64,000 bases of DNA from Auanema rhodensis. Lineage: Eukaryota > Animalia > Nematoda. The stretch spans positions 19,654,001 through 19,718,000 of the forward strand of contig OZ059895.1 of assembly GCA_964057225.1 (NCBI GenBank), given 5' to 3'. The position numbers and the translations under genes were made by a program. The notes under the pieces were generated by a model. It made no database searches and had not been told where the DNA came from. It saw nothing but the letters and a program-made list of their open reading frames with translations. Shown here piece by piece: positions 1 to 12,285 of the stretch. Each line of letters starts with the position of its first letter. Position 1 is the stretch's first letter.

Positions 1-195
1 AAAAATGCACCGAGATATCAACTGATATATGTTCACACTTATATCCTCGATTTTCACCCTGAAGAATTAATTTTTTCGTTGAATAACATTGTCCATCGTC
101 TTTGCCTTAAAAAAAGGAATCTAAAAACATCTACTTTTTGATAAATTATTCTAAAATTTTTCGAAAAAATTTTTGTCAAAATGTTTTTGGAAGCA

Positions 196-223
196 ATGTT
201 GAGTGTACATGGAAACTCAACAT
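196..223. other. Perfect 9-bp stem / 10-nt loop dyad (monomer pos 196-223)
   Basis: atgttgagt-gtacatggaa-actcaacat. A competing pairing agtgta/tacact (202-207 with 223-228) also exists. Confidence 0.9.
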
Positions 224-306
224 ACACTAATGCATCATTTTTTAAACGATCATAACTAATTTTTTTATTAAGCGTTTTTCAATGTAGTATAGTGCATTCG
301 ATGCGG

Positions 307-357
307 ATTTTTAAGCTGCGTCGATCTGTGTTATCAGATTTGCGCTAGCTTAAAAAT
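307..357. other. 51-bp imperfect inverted repeat (hairpin/cruciform-capable), one per monomer
   Basis: atttttaagct-gcg-tcg-atctg-[tgttat]-cagat-ttg-cgc-t-agcttaaaaat. The outer 11-bp arms are perfect reverse complements, and gcg/cgc and atctg/cagat also pair. Confidence 0.92.
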
Positions 358-374
358 GCACCGAGATATCAACT

Positions 375-396
375 GATATAAGTTCACACTTATATC
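375..396. other. Perfect 9-bp stem / 4-nt loop dyad (monomer pos 24-45)
   Basis: gatataagt-tcac-acttatatc. Confidence 0.92.
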
Positions 397-824
397 CTCG
401 ATTTTCACCCTGAAGAATTAATTTTTTCGTTGAATAACATTGTCCATCGTCTTTGCCTTAAAAAAAGGAATCTAAAAACATCTACTTTTTGATAAATTAC
501 TTTAAAATTTTTCGAAAAAATTTTTGTCAAAATGTTTTTGGAAGCAATGTTGAGTGTACATGGAAACTCAACATACACTAATGCATCATTTTTCAAACGA
601 TCATAACTAATTTTTGTATTAAGCGTTTCTCAATGTAGTGTAGTGCATTCGATGCGGATTTTTAAGCTGCGTCGATCTGTGTTATCAGATTTGCGCTAGC
701 TTAAAAATGCACCGAGATATCAACTGATATAAGTTCACACTTATATCCTCGATTTTCACCCTGAAGAATTAATTTTTTCGTTGAATAACATTGTCCATCG
801 TCTTTGCCTTAAAAAAAGGAATCT

Positions 825-890
825 AAAAACATCTACTTTTTGATAAATTATTTTAAAATTTTTCGAAAAAATTTTTGTCAAAATGTTTTT
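825..890. other. Nested A/T-rich inverted repeat with central palindrome (monomer pos 123-188)
   Basis: aaaaacat...atgttttt; ttttgataaa...tttgtcaaaa (1 mismatch); central tttttcgaaaaa palindrome flanked by aaaa/tttt. Confidence 0.75.
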
Positions 891-3159
891 GGAAGCAATG
901 TTGAGTGTACATGGAAACTCAACATACACTAATGCATCATTTTTTAAACGATCATAACTAATTTTTTTATTAAGCGTTTTTCAATGTAGTATAGTGCATT
1001 CGATGCGGATTTTTAAGCTGCGTCGATCTGTGTTATCAGATTTGCGCTAGCTTAAAAATGCACCGAGATATCAACTGATATAAGTTCACACTTATATCCT
1101 CGATTTTCACCCTGAAGAATTAATTTTTTCGTTGAATAACATTGTCCATCGTCTTTGCCTTGAAAAAAGGAATCTAAAAACATCTACTTTTTGATAAATT
1201 ATTTTAAAATTTTTCGAAAAAATTTTTGTCAAAATGTTTTTGGAAGCAATGTTGAGTGTACATGGAAACTCAACATACACTAATGCATCATTTTTCAAAC
1301 GATCATAACTAATTTTTCTATAAAGCGTTTCTCAATGTAGTATAGTGCATTCGATGCGGATTTTTAAGCTGCGTCGATCTGTGTTATCAGATTTGCGCTA
1401 GCTTAAAAATGCACCGAGATATCAACTGATATAAGTTCACACTTATATCCTCGATTTTCACCCTGAAGAATTAATTTTTTCGTTGAATAACATTGTCCAT
1501 CGTCTTTGCCTTAAAAAAAGGAATCTAAAAACATCTACTTTTTGATGAATTATTTTAAAATTTTTCGAAAAAATTTTTGTCAAAATGTTTTTGGAAGCAA
1601 TGTTGAGTGTACATGTAAACTCAACATACACTAATGCATCATTTTTCAAACGATCATAACTAATTTTTGTATTAAGCGTTTTTCAATGTAGTATAGTGCA
1701 TTCGATGCGGATTTTTAAGCTGCGTCGATCTGTGTTATCAGATTTGCGCTAGCTTAAAAATGCACCGAGATATCAACTGATATAAGTTCACACTTATATC
1801 CTCAATTTTCACCCTGAAGAATTAATTTTTTCGTTGAATAACATTGTCCATCGTCTTTGCCTTAAAAAAAGGAATCTAAAAACATCTACTTTTTGATAAA
1901 TTACTTTAAAATTTTTCGAAAAAATTTTTGTCAAAATGTTTTTGGAAGCAATGTTGAGTGTACATGGAAACTCAACATACACTAATGCATCATTTTTTAA
2001 ACGATCATAACTAATTTTTTTATTAAGCGTTTTTCAATGTAGTATAGTGCATTCGATGCGGATTTTTAAGCTGCGTCGATCTGTGTTATCAGATTTGCGC
2101 TAGCTTAAAAATGCACCGAGATATCAACTGATATAAGTTCACACTTATATCCTCGATTTTCACCCTGAAGAATTAATTTTTTCGTTGAATAACATTGTCC
2201 ATCGTCTTTGCCTTGAAAAAAGGAATCTAAAAACATCTACTTTTTGATAAATTATTTTAAAATTTTTCGAAAAAATTTTTGTCAAAATGTTTTTGGAAGC
2301 AATGTTGAGTGTACATGGAAACTCAACATACACTAATGCATCATTTTTCAAACGATCATAACTAATTTTTCTATAAAGCGTTTCTCAATGTAGTATAGTG
2401 CATTCGATGCGGATTTTTAAGCTGCGTCGATCTGTGTTATCAGATTTGCGCTAGCTTAAAAATGCACCGAGATATCAACTGATATAAGTTCACACTTATA
2501 TCCTCGATTTTCACCCTGAAGAATTAATTTTTTCGTTGAATAACATTGTCCATCGTCTTTGCCTTAAAAAAAGGAATCTAAAAACATCTACTTTTTGATG
2601 AATTATTTTAAAATTTTTCGAAAAAATTTTTGTCAAAATGTTTTTGGAAGCAATGTTGAGTGTACATGGAAACTCAACATACACTAATGCATCATTTTTC
2701 AAACGATCATAACTAATTTTTGTATTAAGCGTTTCTCAATGTAGTGTAGTGCATTCGATGCGGATTTTTAAGCTGCGTCGATCTGTGTTATCAGATTTGC
2801 GCTAGCTTAAAAATGCACCGAGATATCAACTGATATAAGTTCACACTTATATCCTCGATTTTCACCCTGAAGAATTAATTTTTTCGTTGAATAACATTGT
2901 CCATCGTCTTTGCCTTAAAAAAAGGAATCTAAAAACATCTACTTTTTGATGAATTATTTTAAAATTTTTCGAAAAAATTTTTGTCAAAATGTTTTTGGAA
3001 GCAATGTTGAGTGTACATGTAAACTCAACATACACTAATGCATCATTTTTCAAACGATCATAACTAATTTTTGTATTAAGCGTTTCTCAATGTAGTGTAG
3101 TGCATTCGATGCGGATTTTTAAGCTGCGTCGATCTGTGTTATCAGATTTGCGCTAGCTT

Positions 3160-5967
3160 AAAAATGCACCGAGATATCAACTGATATATGTTCACACTTA
3201 TATCCTCGATTTTCACCCTGAAGAATTAATTTTTTCGTTGAATAACATTGTCCATCGTCTTTGCCTTAAAAAAAGGAATCTAAAAACATCTACTTTTTGA
3301 TAAATTATTCTAAAATTTTTCGAAAAAATTTTTGTCAAAATGTTTTTGGAAGCAATGTTGAGTGTACATGGAAACTCAATATACACTAATGCATCATTTT
3401 TTAAACGATCATAACTAATTTTTTTATTAAGCGTTTTTCAATGTAGTATAGTGCATTCGATGCGGATTTTTAAGCTGCGTCGATCTGTGTTATCAGATTT
3501 GCGCTAGCTTAAAAATGCACCGAGATATCAACTGATATAAGTTCACACTTATATCCTCAATTTTCACCCTGAAGAATTAATTTTTTCGTTGAATAACATT
3601 GTCCATCGTCTTTGCCTTAAAAAAAGGAATCTAAAAACATCTACTTTTTGATAAATTACTTTAAAATTTTTCGAAAAAATTTTTGTCAAAATGTTTTTGG
3701 AAGCAATGTTGAGTGTACATGGAAACTCAACATACACTAATGCATCATTTTTTAAACGATCATAACTAATTTTTTTATTAAGCGTTTTTCAATGTAGTAT
3801 AGTGCATTCGATGCGGATTTTTAAGCTGCGTCGATCTGTGTTATCAGATTTGCGCTAGCTTAAAAATGCACCGAGATATCAACTGATATAAGTTCACACT
3901 TATATCCTCGATTTTCACCCTGAAGAATTAATTTTTTCGTTGAATAACATTGTCCATCGTCTTTGCCTTGAAAAAAGGAATCTAAAAACATCTACTTTTT
4001 GATAAATTATTTTAAAATTTTTCGAAAAAATTTTTGTCAAAATGTTTTTGGAAGCAATGTTGAGTGTACATGGAAACTCAACATACACTAATGCATCATT
4101 TTTCAAACGATCATAACTAATTTTTCTATAAAGCGTTTCTCAATGTAGTATAGTGCATTCGATGCGGATTTTTAAGCTGCGTCGATCTGTGTTATCAGAT
4201 TTGCGCTAGCTTAAAAATGCACCGAGATATCAACTGATATAAGTTCACACTTATATCCTCGATTTTCACCCTGAAGAATTAATTTTTTCGTTGAATAACA
4301 TTGTCCATCGTCTTTGCCTTAAAAAAAGGAATCTAAAAACATCTACTTTTTGATGAATTATTTTAAAATTTTTCGAAAAAATTTTTGTCAAAATGTTTTT
4401 GGAAGCAATGTTGAGTGTACATGGAAACTCAACATACACTAATGCATCATTTTTCAAACGATCATAACTAATTTTTGTATTAAGCGTTTCTCAATGTAGT
4501 GTAGTGCATTCGATGCGGATTTTTAAGCTGCGTCGATCTGTGTTATCAGATTTGCGCTAGCTTAAAAATGCACCGAGATATCAACTGATATATGTTCACA
4601 CTTATATCCTCGATTTTCACCCTGAAGAATTAATTTTTTCGTTGAATAACATTGTCCATCGTCTTTGCCTTAAAAAAAGGAATCTAAAAACATCTACTTT
4701 TTGATAAATTATTCTAAAATGTTTCGAAAAAATTTTTGTCAAAATGTTTTTGGAAGCAATGTTGAGTGTACATGGAAACTCAATATACACTAATGCATCA
4801 TTTTTTAAACGATCATAACTAATTTTTTTATTAAGCGTTTTTCAATGTAGTATAGTGCATTCGATGCGGATTTTTAAGCTGCGTCGATCTGTGTTATCAG
4901 ATTTGCGCTAGCTTAAAAATGCACCGAGATATCAACTGATATAAGTTCACACTTATATCCTCAATTTTCACCCTGAAGAATTAATTTTTTCGTTGAATAA
5001 CATTGTCCATCGTCTTTGCCTTAAAAAAAGGAATCTAAAAACATCTACTTTTTGATAAATTACTTTAAAATTTTTCGAAAAAATTTTTGTCAAAATGTTT
5101 TTGGAAGCAATGTTGAGTGTACATGGAAACTCAACATACACTAATGCATCATTTTTTAAACGATCATAACTAATTTTTTTATTAAGCGTTTTTCAATGTA
5201 GTATAGTGCATTCGATGCGGATTTTTAAGCTGCGTCGATCTGTGTTATCAGATTTGCGCTAGCTTAAAAATGCACCGAGATATCAACTGATATAAGTTCA
5301 CACTTATATCCTCGATTTTCACCCTGAAGAATTAATTTTTTCGTTGAATAACATTGTCCATCGTCTTTGCCTTGAAAAAAGGAATCTAAAAACATCTACT
5401 TTTTGATAAATTATTTTAAAATTTTTCGAAAAAATTTTTGTCAAAATGTTTTTGGAAGCAATGTTGAGTGTACATGGAAACTCAACATACACTAATGCAT
5501 CATTTTTCAAACGATCATAACTAATTTTTCTATAAAACGTTTCTCAATGTAGTATAGTGCATTCGATGCGGATTTTCAAGCTGCGTCGATCTGTGTTATC
5601 AGATTTGCGCTAGCTTAAAAATGCACCGAGATATCAACTGATATAAGTTCACACTTATATCCTCGATTTTCACCCTGAAGAATTAATTTTTTCGTTGAAT
5701 AACATTGTCCATCGTCTTTGCCTTAAAAAAAGGAATCTAAAAACATCTACTTTTTGATGAATTATTTTAAAATTTTTCGAAAAAATTTTTGTCAAAATGT
5801 TTTTGGAAGCAATGTTGAGTGTACATGGAAACTCAACATACACTAATGCATCATTTTTCAAACGATCATAACTAATTTTTGTATTAAGCGTTTCTCAATG
5901 TAGTGTAGTGCATTCGATGCGGATTTTTAAGCTGCGTCGATCTGTGTTATCAGATTTGCGCTAGCTT
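3160..5967 (+). repeat. 4-mer higher-order repeat (1404 bp), 2 tandem copies, with remnants further left
   Basis: Private SNP caatatac at 3380 and 4784 and ctcaatt at 3559 and 4963. catgtaaac at 1616 and 3020 is also 1404 bp apart. Confidence 0.85.
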
Positions 5968-8073
5968 AAAAATGCACCGAGATATCAACTGATATAAGTT
6001 CACACTTATATCCTCGATTTTCACCCTGAAGAATTAATTTTTTCGTTGAATAACATTGTCCATCGTCTTTGCCTTAAAAAAAGGAATCTAAAAACATCTA
6101 CTTTTTGATAAATTATTCTAAAATTTTTCGAAAAAATTTTTGTCAAAATGTTTTTGGAAGCAATGTTGAGTGTACATGGAAACTCAACATACACTAATGC
6201 ATCATTTTTCAAACGATCATAACTAATTTTTGTATTAAGCGTTTCTCAATGTAGTGTAGTGCATTCGATGCGGATTTTTAAGCTGCGTCGATCTGTGTTA
6301 TCAGATTTGCGCTAGCTTAAAAATGCACCGAGATATCAACTGATATAAGTTCACACTTATATCCTCGATTTTCACCCTGAAGAATTAATTTTTTCGTTGA
6401 GTAACAGTGTCCATCGTCTTTGCCTTAAAAAAAGGAATCTAAAAACATCTACTTTTTGATGAATTATTTTAAAATTTTTCGAAAAAATTTTTGTCAAAAT
6501 GTTTTTGGAAGCAATGTTGAGTGTACATGGAAACTCAACATACACTAATGCATCATTTTTCAAACGATCATAATTAATTTTTGTATTAAGCGTTTCTCAA
6601 TGTAGTGTAGTGCATTCGATGCGGATTTTTAAGCTGCGTCGATCTGTGTTATCAGATTTGCGCTAGCTTAAAAATGCACCGAGATATCAACTGATATAAG
6701 TTCACACTTATATCCTCGATTTTCACCCTGAAGAATTAATTTTTTCGTTGAATAACATTGTCCATCGTCTTTGCCTTAAAAAAAGGAATCTAAAAACATC
6801 TACTTTTTGATGAATTATTTTAAAATTTTTCGAAAAAATTTTTGTCAAAATGTTTTTGGAAGCAATGTTGAGTGTACATGGAAACTCAACATACACTAAT
6901 GCATCATTTTTCAAACGATCATAACTAATTTTTGTATTAAGCGTTTCTCAATGTAGTGTAGTGCATTCGATGCGGATTTTTAAGCTGCGTCGATCTGTGT
7001 TATCAGATTTGCGCTAGCTTAAAAATGCACCGAGATATCAACTGATATAAGTTCACACTTATATCCTCGATTTTCACCCTGAAGAATTAATTTTTTCGTT
7101 GAATAACATTGTCCATCGTCTTTGCCTTAAAAAAAGGAATCTAAAAACATCTACTTTTTGATAAATTATTCTAAAATTTTTCGAAAAAATTTTTGTCAAA
7201 ATGTTTTTGGAAGCAATGTTGAGTGTACATGGAAACTCAACATACACTAATGCATCATTTTTCAAACGATCATAACTAATTTTTGTATTAAGCGTTTCTC
7301 AATGTAGTGTAGTGCATTCGATGCGGATTTTTAAGCTGCGTCGATCTGTGTTATCAGATTTGCGCTAGCTTAAAAATGCACCGAGATATCAACTGATATA
7401 AGTTCACACTTATATCCTCGATTTTCACCCTGAAGAATTAATTTTTTCGTTGAATAACATTGTCCATCGTCTTTGCCTTAAAAAAAGGAATCTAAAAACA
7501 TCTACTTTTTGATAAATTATTCTAAAATTTTTCGAAAAAATTTTTGTCAAAATGTTTTTGGAAGCAATGTTGAGTGTACATGGAAACTCAACATACACTA
7601 ATGCATCATGTTTTAAACGATCATAACTAATTTTTGTATTAAGCGTTTCTCAATGTAGTGTAGTGCATTCGATGCGGATTTTTAAGCTGCGTCGATCTGT
7701 GTTATCAGATTTGCGCTAGCTTAAAAATGCACCGAGATATCAACTGATATAAGTTCACACTTATATCCTCGATTTTCACCCTGAAGAATTAATTTTTTCG
7801 TTGAGTAACAGTGTCCATCGTCTTTGCCTTAAAAAAAGGAATCTAAAAACATCTACTTTTTGATGAATTATTTTAAAATTTTTCGAAAAAATTTTTGTCA
7901 AAATGTTTTTGGAAGCAATGTTGAGTGTACATGGAAACTCAACATACACTAATGCATCATTTTTCAAACGATCATAATTAATTTTTGTATTAAGCGTTTC
8001 TCAATGTAGTGTAGTGCATTCGATGCGGATTTTTAAGCTGCGTCGATCTGTGTTATCAGATTTGCGCTAGCTT

Positions 8074-11000
8074 AAAAATGCACCGAGATATCAACTGATA
8101 TAAGTTCACACTTATATCCTCGATTTTCACCCTGAAGAATTAATTTTTTCGTTGAATAACATTGTCCATCGTCTTTGCCTTAAAAAAAGGAATCTAAAAA
8201 CATCTACTTTTTGATAAATTATTTTAAAATTTTTCGAAAAAATTTTTGTCAAAATGTTTTTGGAAGCAATGTTGAGTGTACATGGAAACTCAACATACAC
8301 TAATGCATAATTTTTCAAACGATCATAACTAATTTTTGTATTAAGCGTTTCTCAATGTAGTATAGTGCATTCGATGCGGATTTTTAAGCTGCGTCGATCT
8401 GTGTTATCAGATTTGCGCTAGCTTAAAAATGCACCGAGATATCAACTGATATAAGTTCACACTTATATCCTCGATTTTCACCCTGAAGAATTAATTTTTT
8501 CGTTGAGTAACATTGTCCATCGTCTTTGCCTTAAAAAAAGGAATCTAAAAACATCTACTTTTTGATGAATTATTTTAAAATTTTTCGAAAAAATTTTTGT
8601 CAAAATGTTTTTGGAAGCAATGTTGAGTGTACATGGAAACTCAACATACACTAATGCATCATTTTTCAAACGATCATAACTAATTTTTGTATTAAGCGTT
8701 TCTCAATGTAGTGTAGTGCATTCGATGCGGATTTTTAAGCTGCGTCGATCTGTGTTATCAGATTTGCGCTAGCTTAAAAATGCACCGAGATATCAACTGA
8801 TATATGTTCACACTTATATCCTCGATTTTCACCCTGAAGAATTAATTTTTTCGTTGAATAACATTGTCCATCGTCTTTGCCTTAAAAAAAGGAATCTAAA
8901 AACATCTACTTTTTGATAAATTATTCTAAAATTTTTCGAAAAAATTTTTGTCAAAATGTTTTTGGAAGCAATGTTGAGTGTACATGGAAACTCAACATAC
9001 ACTAATGCATCATGTTTTAAACTATCATAACTAATTTTTGTATTAAGCGTTTCTCAATGTAGTATAGTGCATTCGATGCGGATTTTTAAGCTGCGTCGAT
9101 CTGTGTTATCAGATTTGCGCTAGCTTAAAAATGCACCGAGATATCAACTGATATAAGTTCACACTTATATCCTCGATTTTCACCCTGAAGAATTAATTTT
9201 TTCGTTGAGTAACATTGTCCATCGTCTTTGCCTTAAAAAAAGGAATCTAAAAACATCTACTTTTTGATAAATTATTTTAAAATTTTTCGAAAAAATTTTT
9301 GTCAAAATGTTTTTGGAAGCAATGTTGAGTGTACATGGAAACTCAACATACACTAATGCATCATGTTTTAAACTATCATAACTAATTTTTGTATTAAGCG
9401 TTTCTCAATGTAGTATAGTGCATTCGATGCGGATTTTTAAGCTGCGTCGATCTGTGTTATCAGATTTGCGCTAGCTTAAAAATGCACCGAGATATCAACT
9501 GATATAAGTTCACACTTATATCCTCGATTTTCACCCTGAAGAATTAATTTTTTCGTTGAGTAACATTGTCCATCGTCTTTGCCTTAAAAAAAGGAATCTA
9601 AAAACATCTACTTTTTGATAAATTATTTTAAAATTTTTCGAAAAAATTTTTGTCAAAATGTTTTTGGAAGCAATGTTGAGTGTACATGGAAACTCAACAT
9701 ACACTAATGCATCATTTTTCAAACGATCATAACTAATTTTTCTATAAAGCGTTTCTCAATGTAGTATAGTGCATTCGATGCGGACTTTTAAGCTGCGTCG
9801 ATCTGTGTTCTCAGATTTGCGCTAGCTTAAAAATGCACCGAGATATCAACTGATATAAGTTCACACTTATATCCTCGATTTTCACCCTGAAGAATTAATT
9901 TTTTCGTTGAATAACATTGTCCATCGTCTTTGCCTTAAAAAAAGGAATCTAAAAACATCTACTTTTTGATGAATTATTTTAAAATTTTTCGAAAAAATTT
10001 TTGTCAAAATGTTTTTGGAAGCAATGTTGAGTGTACATGGAAACTCAACATACACTAATGCATCATTTTTCAAACGATCATAACTAATTTTTGTATTAAG
10101 CGTTTCTCAATGTAGTGTAGTGCATTCGATGCGGATTTTTAAGCTGCGTCGATCTGTGTTATCAGATTTGCGCTAGCTTAAAAATGCACCGAGATATCAA
10201 CTGATATAAGTTCACACTTATATCCTCGATTTTCACCCTGAAGAATTAATTTTTTCGTTGAATAACATTGTCCATCGTCTTTGCCTTAAAAAAAGGAATC
10301 TAAAAACATCTACTTTTTGATAAATTATTTTAAAATTTTTCGAAAAAATTTTTGTCAACATGTTTTTGGAAGCAATGTTGAGTGTACATGGAAACTCAAC
10401 ATACACTAATGCATAATTTTTCAAACGATCATAACTAATTTTTGTATTAAGCGTTTCTCAATGTAGTATAGTGCATTCGATGCGGATTTTTAAGCTGCGT
10501 CGATCTGTGTTATCAGATTTGCGCTAGCTTAAAAATGCACCGAGATATCAACTGATATAAGTTCACACTTATATCCTCGATTTTCACCCTGAAGAATTAA
10601 TTTTTTCGTTGAGTAACATTGTCCATCGTCTTTGCCTTAAAAAAAGGAATCTAAAAACATCTACTTTTTGATAAATTATTTTAAAATTTTTCGAAAAAAT
10701 TTTTGTCAAAATGTTTTTGGAAGCAATGTTGAGTGTACATGGAAACTCAACATACACTAATGCATAATTTTTCAAACGATCATAACTAATTTTTGTATTA
10801 AGCGTTTCTCAATGTAGTATAGTGCATTCGATGCGGATTTTTAAGCTGCGTCGATCTGTGTTATCAGATTTGCGCTAGCTTAAAAATGCACCGAGATATC
10901 AACTGATATAAGTTCACACTTATATCCTCGATTTTCACCCTGAAGAATTAATTTTTTCGTTGAGTAACATTGTCCATCGTCTTTGCCTTAAAAAAAGGAA

Positions 11001-12285
11001 TCTAAAAACATCTACTTTTTGATGAATTATTTTAAAATTTTTCGAAAAAATTTTTGTCAAAATGTTTTTGGAAGCAATGTTGAGTGTACATGGAAACTCA
11101 ACATACACTAATGCATCATTTTTCAAACGATCATAACTAATTTTTGTATTAAGCGTTTCTCAATGTAGTGTAGTGAATTCGATGCGGATTTTTAAGCTGC
11201 GTCGATCTGTGTTATCAGATTTGCGCTAGCTTAAAAATGCACCGAGATATCAACTGATATATGTTCACACTTATATCCTCGATTTTCACCCTGAAGAATT
11301 AATTTTTTCGTTGAATAACATTGTCCATCGTCTTTGCCTTAAAAAAAGGAATCTAAAAACATCTACTTTTTGATAAATTATTCTAAAATTTTTCGAAAAA
11401 ATTTTTGTCAAAATGTTTTTGGAAGCAATGTTGAGTGTACATGGAAACTCAACATACACTAATGCATCATGTTTTAAACTATCATAACTAATTTTTGTAT
11501 TAAGCGTTTCTCAATGTAGTATAGTGCATTCGATGCGGATTTTTAAGCTGCGTCGATCTGTGTTATCAGATTTGCGCTAGCTTAAAAATGCACCGAGATA
11601 TCAACTGATATAAGTTCACACTTATATCCTCGATTTTCACCCTGAAGAATTAATTTTTTCGTTGAGTAACATTGTCCATCGTCTTTGCCTTAAAAAAAGG
11701 AATCTAAAAACATCTACTTTTTGATAAATTATTTTAAAATTTTTCGAAAAAATTTTTGTCAAAATGTTTTTGGAAGCAATGTTGAGTGTACATGGAAACT
11801 CAACATACACTAATGCATCATTTTTCAAACGATCATAACTAATTTTTCTATAAAGCGTTTCTCAATGTAGTATAGTGCATTCGATGCGGACTTTTAAGCT
11901 GCGTCGATCTGTGTTCTCAGATTTGCGCTAGCTTAAAAATGCACCGAGATATCAACTGATATAAGTTCACACTTATATCCTCGATTTTCACCCTGAAGAA
12001 TTAATTTTTTCGTTGAATAACATTGTCCATCGTCTTTGCCTTAAAAAAAGGAATCTAAAAACATCTACTTTTTGATGAATTATTTTAAAATTTTTCGAAA
12101 AAATTTTTGTCAAAATGTTTTTGGAAGCAATGTTGAGTGTACATGGAAACTCAACATACACTAATGCATCATTTTTCAAACGATCATAACTAATTTTTGT
12201 ATTAAGCGTTTCTCAATGTAGTGTAGTGCATTCGATGCGGATTTTTAAGCTGCGTCGATCTGTGTTATCAGATTTGCGCTAGCTT
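8074..12285 (+). repeat. Degenerate 6-mer duplication (2106 bp)
   Basis: The ggacttt+gttctcag haplotype occurs at 9785 and 11891. gcataat monomers (ORFs 8127, 10233) and gatgaat monomers (9882, 11988) share the 2106 offset, with single-monomer gains and losses inside. Confidence 0.7.

Noticed and set aside
74-90. CENP-B box-like motif tttcgttgaataacatt
   Set aside because: It matches the TTCG and central A but lacks the essential CGGG half of NTTCGNNNNANNCGGGN.
1-351. Tandem 5S rRNA, tRNA, snRNA or spliced-leader gene unit
   Set aside because: I could not recognise a 5S or tRNA sequence, cloverleaf, Pol III A/B boxes or SL exon. An Infernal/Rfam search would be the definitive test.
1-351. 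Monomer as a diverged dimer of ~175-bp subunits
   Set aside because: Only short chance-level matches (aaaatg at 2 and 178; aatgca at 4 and 229) and no colinear similarity between halves by eye.
307-396. Hairpins as rho-independent terminators or Helitron 3' ends
   Set aside because: No associated gene, AT-rich stems, and the ctag lies inside the hairpin arm rather than downstream of a GC-rich hairpin.
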